Below, piece after piece: positions 11,131 through 23,825 of a DNA stretch of 45,466 bases; within the stretch, counting starts at the first letter, position 1; every line of letters starts with the position of its first letter. The DNA is from Octopus bimaculoides (taxonomy: Eukaryota): NCBI RefSeq assembly GCF_001194135.2, contig NC_068991.1, positions 5,011,364-5,056,829 on the forward strand. The letters run 5' to 3'. Made by a program: the position numbers and the translations under genes. Under the pieces are notes generated by a model. That model ran no database searches and was not told the origin of the DNA. It saw only the letters and a list, made by a program, of their open reading frames with translations.

Positions 11131-11389
11131 AATTGACTTATGCATTCTAATCCCTTTTAACAATTCAGACTCACAGTAACGAATTATGATAAATACGGGC
11201 TTATCTATATTGCCAACCTTCTCATCGTTTCCTCTAGCCACGAAAACGCACTTCTATGAATTTTCTCCCAGTTTCAATTCACCTCTATTCTTCTACAATT
11301 TCCCAGTGTCCGTGTCACATAAATGAACGAGATGCTGGTTTTCCGGTGTCCGATTTCGCAGAGTCCATGTCGCATACACGAACGAGATG

Positions 11390-11478
11390 CTGATTTGACC
11401 TCCGAACATAAAAAGCCGGAAGTATTGCAACCAAGCATTTTGTCCAAAGTGTTAACGATTCTACCAGCTCGCCTCCCT
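11390..11478 (-). mobile_element. SINE family A, 5' fragment
   Basis: aagcattttgtccaaagtgttaacgattctaccagctcgcc is the reverse complement of the family A head. Confidence 0.65.
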
Positions 11479-12369
11479 AATACCCGACTAGAGATAGAAA
11501 AAAAAACTGTGAGAGAAATGAAGGGATTTTGGTAAACGGATTAATGACTGAGCTACCCAATCCTATATTGCGAGTTAAAACCACTACAAGATGTGCTTCT
11601 GATATTTTAATGCATATTGTTTGATTTTAGGAATTGCAAAACGGCAATTAACTATAGCAGCCACTCGTAAGCAGATAAACTTAGTCGTTTGCAACCGCTT
11701 TTGTTACCCAGATTAACAATAGCAAACGCGAACACCTCCTCAAATCTCGTTCCTTTAAAGCAGTGGAACCTACAGAATAAAACTTGGAGGAAAGAGAGTG
11801 GAATAATCTTGATCGACCTCAAAAGAATAAACGTCAAAATTAGCTTCTTTCGAATTGAAACCAGCATGCCGGAGACCAGAAGAAAAATATGGTTATATTT
11901 TCTTTGCGACGCTCGAACGAACCTACAAATCGACCAGTTTCAAACAGCAATTAAGTAACAAATTATCGATAGATGTATTCTAATTACGTAAAACCGTTCA
12001 ATTAAGTTTAGTCATTGATCTGCTGTGTGTGATTTATAATTGGTTGCCTTTTTCAATCTGAGAAAGCGGATGCATATCCAGATATAAATTTGCTCAAACT
12101 CTTATTTATATGTTCAAAAGCACTTTTTCGTTTAATAGTTGGGTAAATGGTGCAGGATATATGAAGGCAATGAGTTATAATGACGAAGCGGATATAAAAT
12201 GGTAGAATGCAGAAATGAAAATCATGTCATTTGAAATTTTCATCTTCATCTTTCTCTCTCAAAACACAGACACATAGGCGCATAAATCCTATCTCCAGTT
12301 ACTCTCTCCATGTCCCTAACTCTCTCTTTCTTCATTAATATATGAATATACGTGTATGAAAGTATACGC

Positions 12370-12400
<31 letters not shown>

Positions 12401-12832
12401 AATATANNNNNNNNNNNNNNNNNNNNNNNNNNNNNNNNNNNNNNNNNNNNNNNNNNNNNNNNNNNNNNNNNNNNNNNNNNNNNNNNNNNNNNNNNNNNNN
12501 NNNNNNNNNNNNNNNNNNNNNNNNNNNNNNNNNNNNNNNNNNNNNNNNNNNNNNNNNNNNNNNNNNNNNNNNNNNNNNNNNNNNNNNNNNNNNNNNNNNN
12601 NNNNNNNNNNNNNNNNNNNNNNNNNNNNNNNNNNNNNNNNNNNNNNNNNNNNNNNNNNNNNNNNNNNNNNNNNNNNNNNNNNNNNNNNNNNNNNNNNNNN
12701 NNNNNNNNNNNNNATATATATATATGAATATATGTAATCAGCTGGAAGAGACGCCCACCTGGGGTTTAAACAACTTTATCGTCTGTTGTTATAGAACACC
12801 CACGTTCAGGTAGTGATGTACATACATTGCTT

Positions 12833-12866
<34 letters not shown>

Positions 12867-12886
12867 GGATATATATGGATATATAT

Positions 12887-13185
12887 GGCTGAGCATTCCA
12901 CAGTCACACATGTACACCTAAGGTAGTTCTCGGGGAGATTCAGCGTGAAACAGTGTGTGACAAGGTTGGCCCCTTTGAATTACAGGTACAACAGAAACAA
13001 AGAGTGAGGGAAGGTTATGGTAGAAGAGTAGAGCAGGGTTCGCCACCACTCCCCCCTGCCGGAGTCTTGTGGAACTTTAGGTGTTTTCGCTCAATAAACA
13101 CTCACAGTGCCCGGTCTGGGACTCGAAGCCGCGATCCTACGACCGCGAGTCCGCTGCCAAAACCACTGAGCCATTGCACCTCCAC
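12887..13185 (-). mobile_element. tRNA-derived SINE, family C, 5' portion
   Basis: The minus strand starts gtggaggtgcaatggctcagtgg (A box) and has gcttcgagtccc (B box). The body matches 28681-28800 in the opposite orientation. Confidence 0.85.
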
Positions 13186-13264
13186 CTTATATATACATAA
13201 TCTTAATAACACACACTGAGTCTTGAAGTTTAACATCCATCCATCCATCCATAAACACACAGAA

Positions 13265-13572
13265 ATACATACATGCATACATACACACAAATACATACAT
13301 ACATACATACATACATACATACATACATACAAAATACCGTGTTGTTGATGTTGAAATTCTAATGAAGGAGCATTGGATCTAGGTTAGAAACCGGCTCTTT
13401 CTCTCTTGGCAAGAAATCTTGGAATAATAACATGCAATATATACATACATACATACATACATACATACATACATACATACATACATACACACATGCATAC
13501 ATATATACATACATACATACATACATACATACATACATACATACATACATACATACATACATACATGCATAT
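13265..13572. repeat. (ATAC)n microsatellite blocks
   Basis: Direct reading: two blocks (about 13265-13330 and 13440-13570) with a short unique spacer. Confidence 0.9.
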
Positions 13573-14277
13573 GCATAGTTATGCATGGTTGTGTATTTTT
13601 GTACGATATACAAACGAGATCCGTTCTTAATCATCCGAAGTTATTTTTATTCCCGAGCAAAACTTCGCAAACACGAGCACACATTCAACTTCCTGTACAT
13701 TCAAGCATGATGAATCACTTGGTGTGTGAGAAAGGATTACGTAGGTCACATTTCTATGTTCTCGCAGGTCTATATCCGTTTTCAATGTAATCACTTCCGG
13801 TTTCTCTGATGTAACAGCCTCTTTAAACAGAACCATTTTATTACAAGATTTCTAGGTTTGTCCGCTGCCATAGAGTTATGGACTGCTTAAAAGACTAAAT
13901 AATACAATGACTTTATACCGTCATTGAGAGAAAAACGAACACATCAAACGTATATGTTTAGGGAGAGAAGTATAAAATGAACATAACGGCGCGAGAGTAT
14001 GTATGCGCACGCACAGGCCACGCATGCGCCCACACAAACATATATATAGATATGTATGTTTGTATGAGCTTTTCTTTTTATGTGAAAAGAAATTTAGCAT
14101 TACAATGAAGGACCATTCAATATGATTTGGAAGTTTCGGCTTGCGAAATGTTTGCCTGTGGATGAGAGTGTGGTGGGGTTGAGAGAGAAAGTGTCAGAGG
14201 CGGTGGGGGAGGGCTCGTATGTTTGGTATTGTTGTTGTTGTTGTGATGGTGGTGGTGGTGAATATTCAACGCTGAAA

Positions 14278-14291
14278 AGATCGGAAGAGCA
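14278..14291 (+). other. Illumina adapter remnant (assembly artefact)
   Basis: AGATCGGAAGAGCA, the start of the TruSeq adapter, ends exactly at an N gap. Confidence 0.85.
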
Positions 14292-14301
14292 NNNNNNNNN
14301 N

Positions 14302-14460
14302 GTGGTGGTGGTGGTGGTGGTGGTGGTGGTGGTAGTAGTGGTGCTGTTGTTGATGGTTGTGATTGTGGCGGTAATGCAGGTTGCGATGATGATGATGATG
14401 ATGATCATGATGTTGATCATGATGATCATGATGATCCTGATGATCGTGATGGTGATGATA
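14302..14460. repeat. (GTG)n/(GAT)n triplet microsatellite
   Basis: Direct reading. Confidence 0.9.
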
Positions 14461-14823
14461 GCTTTCGTAATGGAGATAATTGTGGTGCGGTTGACTATTG
14501 ACACCAGTAAGGTTAATTGTACAGTCAAAATATATTTTGAATGGTGATTTTGGTAGTGGCCCTTGGTGACATTGCTCTATCCCATGTTAATAAACGTCGG
14601 CCGCATGAAAACGCTACAATAAAATCTGCGAGAGACGATAGTTATTTGCAGTAATCATATTCGAAAATGATATTAGTCGTATCGTGTTATGATTCTCTTA
14701 CTTCCATTTAGTTGTAACATTATTTTAATTCTACCAGCGTGTGTTTAACTCTCAGCAAGTTTGGCTACCATTATTATCACACGCCATGATTCCTGTTTTT
14801 CATTCGGTCCAAGGAACGTGGTA

Positions 14824-15172
14824 TTATTACCTCCGCCTTAGCGAAGGCGGAGGTATTGTTTCAGTCGCGTTTGTTCGCTTGTTTGTTTGTCCTTGGACAA
14901 GATATTTCAAGAAGCGCTGGATGGTTTCGAATGAAACCTTCAGAGATGTTTGGCCTCGTGACTCGCATGAACTGATTAGATTTGGGGATTGATCTGACAC
15001 TGGACAAGGATTCTGGATTATTACCTCCACCTTAGCGAAGGTGGATGTATTGTTTTCAGTCATGTTTGTTTGTTTGCTTGTTTGTCCGTGGACAAGATAT
15101 TTCAAGAAGCGACGGATGGATTCGAATGAAACTTTCAGGGATGCTTGTCCTCATGACTGGCACGAACTGATT
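14824..15172 (+). mobile_element. Tandem pair of Helentron/DINE-1-like non-autonomous repeats (194-bp period)
   Basis: Units start at 14824 and 15018. Each begins ttattacctcc with a 12-bp hairpin, then (tttg)n, ggacaagatatttcaagaagc, gaatgaaac and gaactgatta. This layout resembles HINE/DINE-1-type elements. Confidence 0.6.
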
Positions 15173-16360
15173 ATGGAGTATGTTGCCTGTTATACACCAG
15201 AAATTTATCCTGTTCGTTTTACTTGAGCAGGGCTGTGAGGATTGAACTTGTGTTCGTTTCATAGGGTGCTGTAGTACCTAGTGAACCACAGCCACCTTGA
15301 AACGGTTTCGTATTCCATGGTTCTTCTGGGTGGCTTTCTTCAGTTGTATTCGTTCCACAGCAATATTTTGCAGGAAATTGCGCACAGATCACGGCTAGAA
15401 AATCGCCGTAAACGATTTTAAAAAGGCGGTTGGCCCATTGCAATCCTTTGAGAATTTCATCAGCCTAGTCCTGATATCTGTGTTTCTTCAGTAGGCGGAA
15501 ACATATAAAATATTTCCTCCCAGAGAATTGTTTGCTGGGCCACGATGATAGTTTTAAGCCGCTGAATAGCAGTAGATCATTACACTAAAAAATTCACATT
15601 TTTGAGACGGTAGTATATTCTAATAAAAACAATTATTCGGTGCAAACAGAAGAAGCCTGCTTCAGATGTATTCTGAGAGTTTTTAAATCATACATTATTG
15701 TAAAGATTAACAACACGACAAATGTGAATGTTTCCTTTATAGCTGTAGGAAAATTAAACTCTATGGTGAAATAATGATGAACATACAGCTCTTTTATCCT
15801 TGTATCTGTTATAAAATTATCATTTGTATCTATTATCATAGATGCACTCAGATAGAGAACTAGAGACCAGCATAAAAGCCTAGACTTACTGGAGTTTTCC
15901 AAGACAGAACAATGCAAAATGGCTCACATCTTCCAAATCCAATCAATTAGTGGAACACTGAAGATTTCTAAAATATTCAGAACTTCTTCACTTAAGTTTG
16001 CTAAAATAAACACATATGCGCAATCACATGTACATATGTTATATACAAGTTACATAATGCATAATCACACATGCATTCGCACTGCACATTCTTACACACC
16101 CATAGCATCACTATAAATATGACACCATGTGCATTTATATCTATACACAGCGTAAATCAGACAAACACCACCAATTTCTTTGGAAAAGTCTCGATTTAAG
16201 CAGAGAAGCCATGTCACTTTTTTAGTAAATGGATTCTCACTGACATACGTATACACGTATATAAACACACACACACATATACACTCGTAGACATACGGCA
16301 AAAGCTGAACGCTGGTACGTCGTCTTCGACGAAAGAATCCGCCATTATTATTACAGTATT

Positions 16361-16522
16361 TAAGGCGGCGAGCTGTCAGAATCGTTAGAACGCTGGACGA
16401 AATGCTTTGCTGTATTTCGCCCGTCGCTCCTTTCTGAGTTCAAAATCCGCCGAAATCGACTTTGCTTTTAATCCTTTCGGGGTCGATAAATGAAGCACTA
16501 GTTGCGTACTGAGGTCGATCTT
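16361..16522 (+). mobile_element. SINE family A
   Basis: aaggcggcgagctgtcagaatcgttag...ctgagttcaaaatccgccga...cctttcggggtcgataaa. Confidence 0.88.
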
Positions 16523-18033
16523 ATTACCTCATCTGATTATCATTTATTCTGCAGTCTTTAAATTCATTTGGACGGAAAAAATAGAAATTCTGTGGACGAG
16601 GTCAGACTAGTACTGGAGAAGTATATTTTGTCACCGACAAGTAANNNNNNNNNNNNNNNNNNNNNNNNNNNNNNNNNNNNNNNNNNNNNNNNNNNNNNNN
16701 NNNNNNNNNNNNNNNNNNNNNNNNNNNNNNNNNNNNNNNNNNNNNNNNNNNNNNNNNNNNNNNNNNNNNNNNNNNNNNNNNNNNNNNNNNNNNNNNNNNN
16801 NNNNNNNNNNNNNNNNNNNNNNNNNNNNNNNNNNNNNNNNNNNNNNNNNNNNNNNNNNNNNNNNNNNNNNNNNNNNNNNNNNNNNNNNNNNNNNNNNNNN
16901 NNNNNNNNNNNNNNNNNNNNNNNNNNNNNNNNNNNNNNNNNNNNNNNNNNNNNNNNNNNNNNNNNNNNNNNNNNNNNNNNNNNNNNNNNNNNNNNNNNNN
17001 NNNNNNNNNNNNNNNNNNNNNNNNNNNNNNNNNNNNNNNNNNNNNNNNNNNNNNNNNNNNNNNNNNNNNNNNNNNNNNNNNNNNNNNNNNNNNNNNNNNN
17101 NNNNNNNNNNNNNNNNNNNNNNNNNNNNNNNNNNNNNNNNNNNNNNNNNNNNNNNNNNNNNNNNNNNNNNNNNNNNNNNNNNNNNNNNNNNNNNNNNNNN
17201 NNNNNNNNNNNNNNNNNATATATATATATATATATATATATAGAAAAATGTGTGTATATGTATGTATATATATATGAATTTATATATTTATGCATGCATG
17301 TATATATAGAGAAAACGTTATATAGATAGATAGATAGATAGATAGGCATGATTCTAGCTATGTTAATGCCGCTTCTGCATTCCTATATATCTCGGATAAA
17401 GTGAAGGTATTTGAAGAATAAAACCATTAAATAAATGAAATAAATAACATTTTTTTCCAGCAGTAATAACACTACACGTATCAATTATACAACTTCCGTT
17501 GAGAGCGAAAGGTCAGTGAATTTTTGATGCTTCTTCTAATAGTGGAACAGTAATAGATATCATATATACTCTATAAGGTATGTGATATTAATTATTGCCA
17601 TATCTATTAGTCGTGAGTAAATAGATACGATATTTATTTGCAAGAAACTGCGTATTCGAGGTTTATCAAACGGATGATATGTAGCTGATAATGTGGTTTT
17701 TAGTAATTAACTCACACACGAACAAATATATAAATATATGTATAAGTGTGTCACTTGAAACACACACACATCCATCCATCCATACATATATGTATGCATG
17801 TATATGTATGCATGTATATACATACATATATATNNNNNNNNNNNNNNNNNNNNNNNNNNNNNNNNNNNNNNNNNNNNNNNNNNNNNNNNNNNNNNNNNNN
17901 NNNNNNNNNNNNNNNNNNNNNNNNNNNNNNNNNNNNNNNNNNNNNNNNNNNNNNNNNNNNNNNNNNNNNNNNNNNNNNNNNNNNNNNNNNNNNNNNNNNN
18001 NNNNNNNNNNNNNNNNNNNNNNNNNNNNNNNNN

Positions 18034-18065
<32 letters not shown>

Positions 18066-18124
18066 GCGCATTTACTGTCATACTTCGCGTACACGCAATT
18101 ACATAAACACCGAGACGTATACGT

Positions 18125-18258
18125 GCATACATATATAGATAGATAGACAGATAGATAAATAGACAGACAGACAAACGGATGGATGGATTGATGGGTGGAT
18201 GGATGGATGGATGGATGGATGGATGGATGGACGGGTGGACGGATGCATGAATAAAGAA

Positions 18259-18292
<34 letters not shown>

Positions 18293-18313
18293 GGTTAGAT
18301 AGATAGATAGATA
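18125..18313. repeat. Compound (GATA)n/(GACA)n/(GGAT)n microsatellite
   Basis: Direct reading. Confidence 0.92.
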
Positions 18314-18989
18314 TTCACAGGCATATGCATTTACGTATACTTAGTAGACATACATGTAGAACACAAACTCACATGCAAAATCTATATATATTCCATGCAC
18401 AGCTGTTACGTGCCTATATGCTCGTATACATATATACACAAACTATTTACATACATAGTAAATATATAGACAATCCACTGTAAAGAGTGTTACTTGTCGA
18501 AATAGGAACAAAGTTTCAATCAAATGATGTCATTGCGAAAATGTCTGCTGTGCACATTTTATACACCTAAAATATTTCGATCAAGTCTGGAATGTGTTAA
18601 AGCTAGGTAAACGTTAAACGAGAATCACAAAGTTGTTATTCTTCTTCTCATTGTTTAGTGACAAGTTGAGTCTCAGCTGTACACACTGCCAAATACGTTG
18701 CAACCGTGACCATTAATTCTTTGCATGGATGTTCGTCTGCTATCACTAGCTGAACGATCGTATGTGGAATAGAGCTTAATGATATTAACCGCTGACCTCT
18801 TGATTAGGATTCCCCTTTCAGCCTATGGATTTAATTGCCTGGCCTATCAGATAAATAATTGCTATAATTAGTGCAGCTGTCTACTAACTCTGACCCAGCC
18901 ACCACCATTTCAGTCGACTGTGTCATAACTGTATGATCCCTGATTCAATGGATGAAACTGTCTCGTTACATTACAGCATAAATCTCTCA

Positions 18990-19490
18990 TCTACCAGGTG
19001 AAAGTAATCTCATTATACAAGCACCACATCAAAGCGGTCTCATTACACTCACGTTCCTAAACATACAAACACACACACCTATACTAGATCAGATACTACT
19101 GCATTTTATATCCACCAGACCAAATACTATCTCATGCCCCATAGATTATATATTGTCCTCACATCCACCTGGTCATAGCTACATTATTGTACACATACAT
19201 GAAACCAAGAGAGTCTAATTACACCGGAAACACACACACACACGCATATCAAATCATATTTTCTCTAAATATATCATTATTCACCGAAACGGTCATATGC
19301 TATTTAAATACACATCCACCAAACTAAACGCGTTTCATTAATCATCTACCGGTCAAAGCTGCCTCACTCTACATACCTCAGACGTAACCTGTCTCACTAC
19401 ACGACCACCAAATTAAGCCTGACACATTACACATCCAACAGATCAAACCTACATCAATGATCCACTGGATTAAAGCTGCCTGATTAGACC
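18990..19490. repeat. Highly degenerate minisatellite with a unit of about 27-33 bp
   Basis: Recurrent variants of ACCAGATCAAAGCTGTCTCATTACACATCC, for example accacatcaaagcggtctcattacac, accggtcaaagctgcctcactctacat and actggattaaagctgcctgattagacc. Confidence 0.55.
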
Positions 19491-19584
19491 CTAGCTTTAC
19501 CCTTTCCAAAATCTAATCCAAAGTAAGGATAAATAAAACTATTTCATGCAACAAAGAGAGGGAAATGGTGGATGGAATATAAAA

Positions 19585-19799
19585 TAATAATAATAATCCT
19601 TTCTACTCTATGAATAAGGCCTGACATTTTGGGGGAGGGGGCCAGTCGATTAGATCGACTGGTACTTAATTTATCGACCCCGAAAGGATGAAATGCAATG
19701 TCGACCTCGTTGGAATTTGAACTCAGAACGCAAGGACAGACGAAAAACCGCTATGCATTTCATCCGGTGTGCTAACGATTCTGCAAGCTCGCCACCTTA
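19585..19799 (-). mobile_element. SINE family A with (ATT)n tail
   Basis: aatcctttctactc...gggggagggggccagtcgat...atcgaccccgaaaggatgaaa...ttgaactcagaacg...gctcgccacctta. Confidence 0.9.
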
Positions 19800-20128
19800 T
19801 AAAATAATAATAATGAATATAAAGACAATACAGCAAGGAATGGGTCTGATGATTAATTTGCATAGAAATCCATGGGTTGCATCCTCTAGGGAATTTGCAC
19901 TGGAATTTAATCATTAAGACAATAATTTATTCTCATCATTAAGAGTTTTTCAACATAAAGAATATTAGCGTCCATTTTAATGTATTGGAACGAAATGCAC
20001 TCCAGGAACAATCATCCAATAATAGTCCCTGTGTACATACTCTTGTTTAGTGAGTATTATAGAAGAGCTATGAGAATTAAGAGTTATGTCATTTCTTCTC
20101 ATTAATGATTATGCAAAAGGTAACAAAA

Positions 20129-20398
20129 TGGCAGAATCGTTAGCGCATCGGACAAAATGTTAAGCGGTATTTTTTCCAGCTGTTTACGTTCTGAGTTCAA
20201 ATCCTACCGAATTGAACTCAGGTCAACTTTAACGTTGAAGTCAACTACCGAAGTCATCTTTGACGTTCATCCATTTGGGGTCTATAAAGCAATAACTAGC
20301 AGAGTGCTGAGATTGGTGCAATAAACTGAGTTTCTTTCTCAAAAAGAAAAGAGAGCGAGAGAATATACTGGTGTTTTTGTGCCAAAATTCGAAAACCA
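20129..20398 (+). mobile_element. SINE family A, degenerate, with an internal insertion
   Basis: tggcagaatcgttagcgcatcggacaaaatg...ttctgagttcaaat...gtgccaaaattcgaaaacca. Confidence 0.75.
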
Positions 20399-20419
20399 TT
20401 AGCAAAGTTGTAAGACTGC

Positions 20420-20545
20420 GAAGAATGTCACTGTAGTCGTTAGTATGCTGTCAAATATTTGTTCCGAATGTCAGTGTTCAAATCCAGCCGACATCGACCT
20501 CGTTTTTAATTTTTCAATGGGTCGGGGTAAAAAAGCTCTAACCTG
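20420..20545 (+). mobile_element. SINE family A, highly degenerate, following the previous copy
   Basis: gtcgttagtatgctg...gtgttcaaatccagccgacatcgacctcg...gggtcggggtaaa. Confidence 0.5.
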
Positions 20546-20870
20546 GGACTAGAGATTAGTGGAAAGGTGTGTGTGTATGTCGGAGGGTAAAGGACCAGGC
20601 ATTTGCCTCTAGAAAAAGTCCAAGGATACCAGAGGCGTTAAAGTTACAGTTTCATTAATATCATCAATCAAACATTAAAGTAAAAAGCCAATCAAATTTC
20701 GATGGGCTTGATATTTGCATATATTTACACTTACCAAACTTCCGAAAATGAAAGACAAATGTCCTGCCTGCATATATACGGACCGATGCACGTTCACAAT
20801 TAACCAACAGTTGTCCGTTTAATAAACACATAGCAGGAGCAAAACCATTGGTATTTTGTAGGAAGACGCG

Positions 20871-20917
<47 letters not shown>

Positions 20918-21072
20918 TGCTAAGAACACATGTACTAATTGAATGCAGTTCCGAGGTCATAGGTTTACGATAAGAAGTTGTAGTGGAAACATTAAAATTA
21001 GTTGAACCATTAGAAAATTATTATTTGTAAATCTTACAACGAGAGATCGAGAGATATTCAGCAACAGTACAT

Positions 21073-21315
21073 TGGAGTAAAGACAATTTGCCAACATAAC
21101 ATGGCAGTCCTGGTTTAGGACGAATGTTGCTGTAATTTAGCCCCAGGAGCCATCGTCTCAAACTGGCTATACAACACGATCTGTGTCCTTATATTTTCGA
21201 AGAAGCGGTGCTAGATTCCCTTCTTCGAAAATATAAGGACACTTGGACTAAATTACAGTAACATTCGTCCAAAACTAGGACTGCCATGTTATGTTGGCAA
21301 ATGATCTTCACTCCA
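21073..21315. mobile_element. Long foldback (palindromic MITE-like) element
   Basis: Outer arms of about 72 bp (21073-21144 and 21244-21315) are reverse complements. Inner 23-bp arms (21183-21205 and 21220-21242) are perfect around a 14-nt loop. Confidence 0.8.
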
Positions 21316-21428
21316 TAGTTGATCGGTGTTTACAATCACATTGTAAAGAGTTTCTCTGCGCGCATGTGTGTGTGTTTGTGTATACATTCTTTTTTACGTA
21401 TATGTAACAACTATGTCTCTTAATATAC

Positions 21429-21463
<35 letters not shown>

Positions 21464-22228
21464 ATTTTCCAGAGGATGTTGCAAACGTCACCAATATAGC
21501 ATAAGAACTTAACTTAGAGGATCATTAATTAGATTCCTTAAGGGTCGTTCTCACAGTTTATATTTATATTTCAAAATTTTTAACTTTTAAATTCGTATAT
21601 TTAAAAGAAATAGGAACTTCAAACTCGATATATCCAAGATCGATTTATTTACCACTCTATGTNNNNNNNNNNNNNNNNNNNNNNNNNNNNNNNNNNNNNN
21701 NNNNNNNNNNNNNNNNNNNNNNNNNNNNNNNNNNNNNNNNNNNNNNNNNNNNNNNNNNNNNNNNNNNNNNNNNNNNNNNNNNNNNNNNNNNNNNNNNNNN
21801 NNNNNNNNNNNNNNNNNNNNNNNNNNNNNNNNNNNNNNNNNNNNNNNNNNNNNNNNNNNNNNNNNNNNNNNNNNNNNNNNNNNNNNNNNNNNNNNNNNNN
21901 NNNNNNNNNNNNNNNNNNNNNNNNNNNNNNNNNNNNNNNNNNNNNNNNNNNNNNNNNNNNNNNNNNNNNNNNNNNNNNNNNNNNNNNNNNNNNNNNNNNN
22001 NNNNNNNNNNNNNNNNNNNNNNNNNNNNNNNNNNNNNNNNNNNNNNNNNNNNNNNNNNNNNNNNNNNNNNNNNNNNNNNNNNNNNNNNNNNNNNNNNNNN
22101 NNNNNNNNNNNNNNNNNNNNNNNNNNNNNNNNNNNNNNATATATATTCATACATACATCTATATATATATGAGCGCGTGTTTGTATGTGGGGGTATCATA
22201 TATATATAAACATACACACACACAAAAG

Positions 22229-22261
<33 letters not shown>

Positions 22262-22428
22262 TTATTTAAGCTGTATATATATCATACATACGTGAGTAAA
22301 TGTGTATGTATGGGTATATATATATATCTACATGCGTACGTGTGGCTGTTCATCTAAGTTACTTTCATATGATATCATATGATATCTAAACATAAAACTA
22401 AATATGCATATATGCATACCTGCATATA

Positions 22429-22464
<36 letters not shown>

Positions 22465-23035
22465 TGTATGTATGTAGATATATGCATACCCATATATATG
22501 TATATATGTATATACATATGCTTGTATGTATGTCTGTATGTATGAGCGTGCATACACATTTAGCCGTGTGTATATGTGTTTATCATTTGGTTGTGTGTAT
22601 AATCAATAGTGTATAGCTGCGTATAATAGTCTTATTCTACACCCACATCACTAGGTATATAAAACTGGGTGGATGTAGATTTGGTTTCCTTATCGATTCT
22701 TAGACTTAAATGCTATAATCCTATTTTGGTATTTCCTTTCTTTGGATTTCTTCACAGTAACGACAAACAGATACACATATAATCACGCATACAAGATACA
22801 CACACGCTCACACACATATACACATACACATACATTCACGACGCAAGCTTCAAGTCTCGTATTCTTCGTCTAACACGTTTAATCATATAATAAGCCAGTT
22901 GCACATGCTAATAAACGCACGCATTCTCTCTCTCTCTCTCTGTTGCTTCCTCTCCCTTTCTTCCTCTGTATTTCATTTCGTTGTCTACCTATGCGTCTAT
23001 CTGTCTGTGTATGTATATATGTATGTATGTATGTA

Positions 23036-23080
<45 letters not shown>

Positions 23081-23245
23081 ATCAATCTTTTTATTTATCT
23101 ATCCAGCCAGCCACCCTTATATTTACTACCATCCACCCATCCATCCATTTATCTATGTATCTATCTATCCGTCGATTGATCGATACTTTGATCACTCTGT
23201 GAAACTATCAGTCTATCAATCAATTTATCCATCTATCTATCAACC

Positions 23246-23268
23246 TGTCTGGCTGGCTGGCTGATTGC

Positions 23269-23307
<39 letters not shown>

Positions 23308-23326
23308 CCTGGCTGGCTGGCTGGTT
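23246..23326. repeat. (GGCT)n tetranucleotide microsatellite
   Basis: Direct reading. Confidence 0.95.
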
Positions 23327-23775
23327 GTCCGTCATACAAACTATTCACATATGTAAATACACAGAAATTTTCTTTTCCATCTCTCTGTCTCTCTCTTTCC
23401 CCTAGCTCACTCTCTCACTCTTTCACATATGAGTGTGTCTGTAAGTGCGTGTGTGTGTGTGCGCGGACACTTGTGTGAGTGTAAACATATACACAGACCT
23501 ACACAAACGCATATGTAAACATTCAGAATAGATAAATAAGTAAATAAATAAACATATATATTTATAGAAATACACACTTGTGCATAAATAGGCAAAGACA
23601 ATCAAACACAAATACAAATATTAAATTACGGTTATTATTTCGAAGCAAGTTCAAGAATGACAAGAGAATATTTACTGATGATGGGACTCTATACTGACAC
23701 TGGAGTAAAGTATGTTTAGAAATTTCGCTTTGACAGGAGATCGTACTTCAGTTGACGGCTTTTATGCATGTAAAA

Positions 23776-23825
<50 letters not shown>

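Noticed and set aside
12887-13185. tRNA-like sequences with A/B boxes (also at 37001 and 39888)
   Set aside because: They are SINE heads followed by family-specific bodies, with no complete cloverleaf or acceptor stem.
13768-13855. Plus-strand segment with a good acceptor and an AG|GTTTGT donor
   Set aside because: All three frames contain a stop.
15219-15443. Minus-strand 74-aa ORF (QWANRLFK...) faintly like a LINE RT segment
   Set aside because: The similarity is only a few residues, too little to call either a gene or a TE.
15890-16000. Minus-strand segment with a GTAAGT donor and several possible acceptors
   Set aside because: Every acceptor and frame combination contains a stop.
22365-22382. 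18-bp perfect palindrome tcatatgatatcatatga
   Set aside because: It is AT-rich, lies in low-complexity DNA and is explained by tandem duplication of catatgatat.
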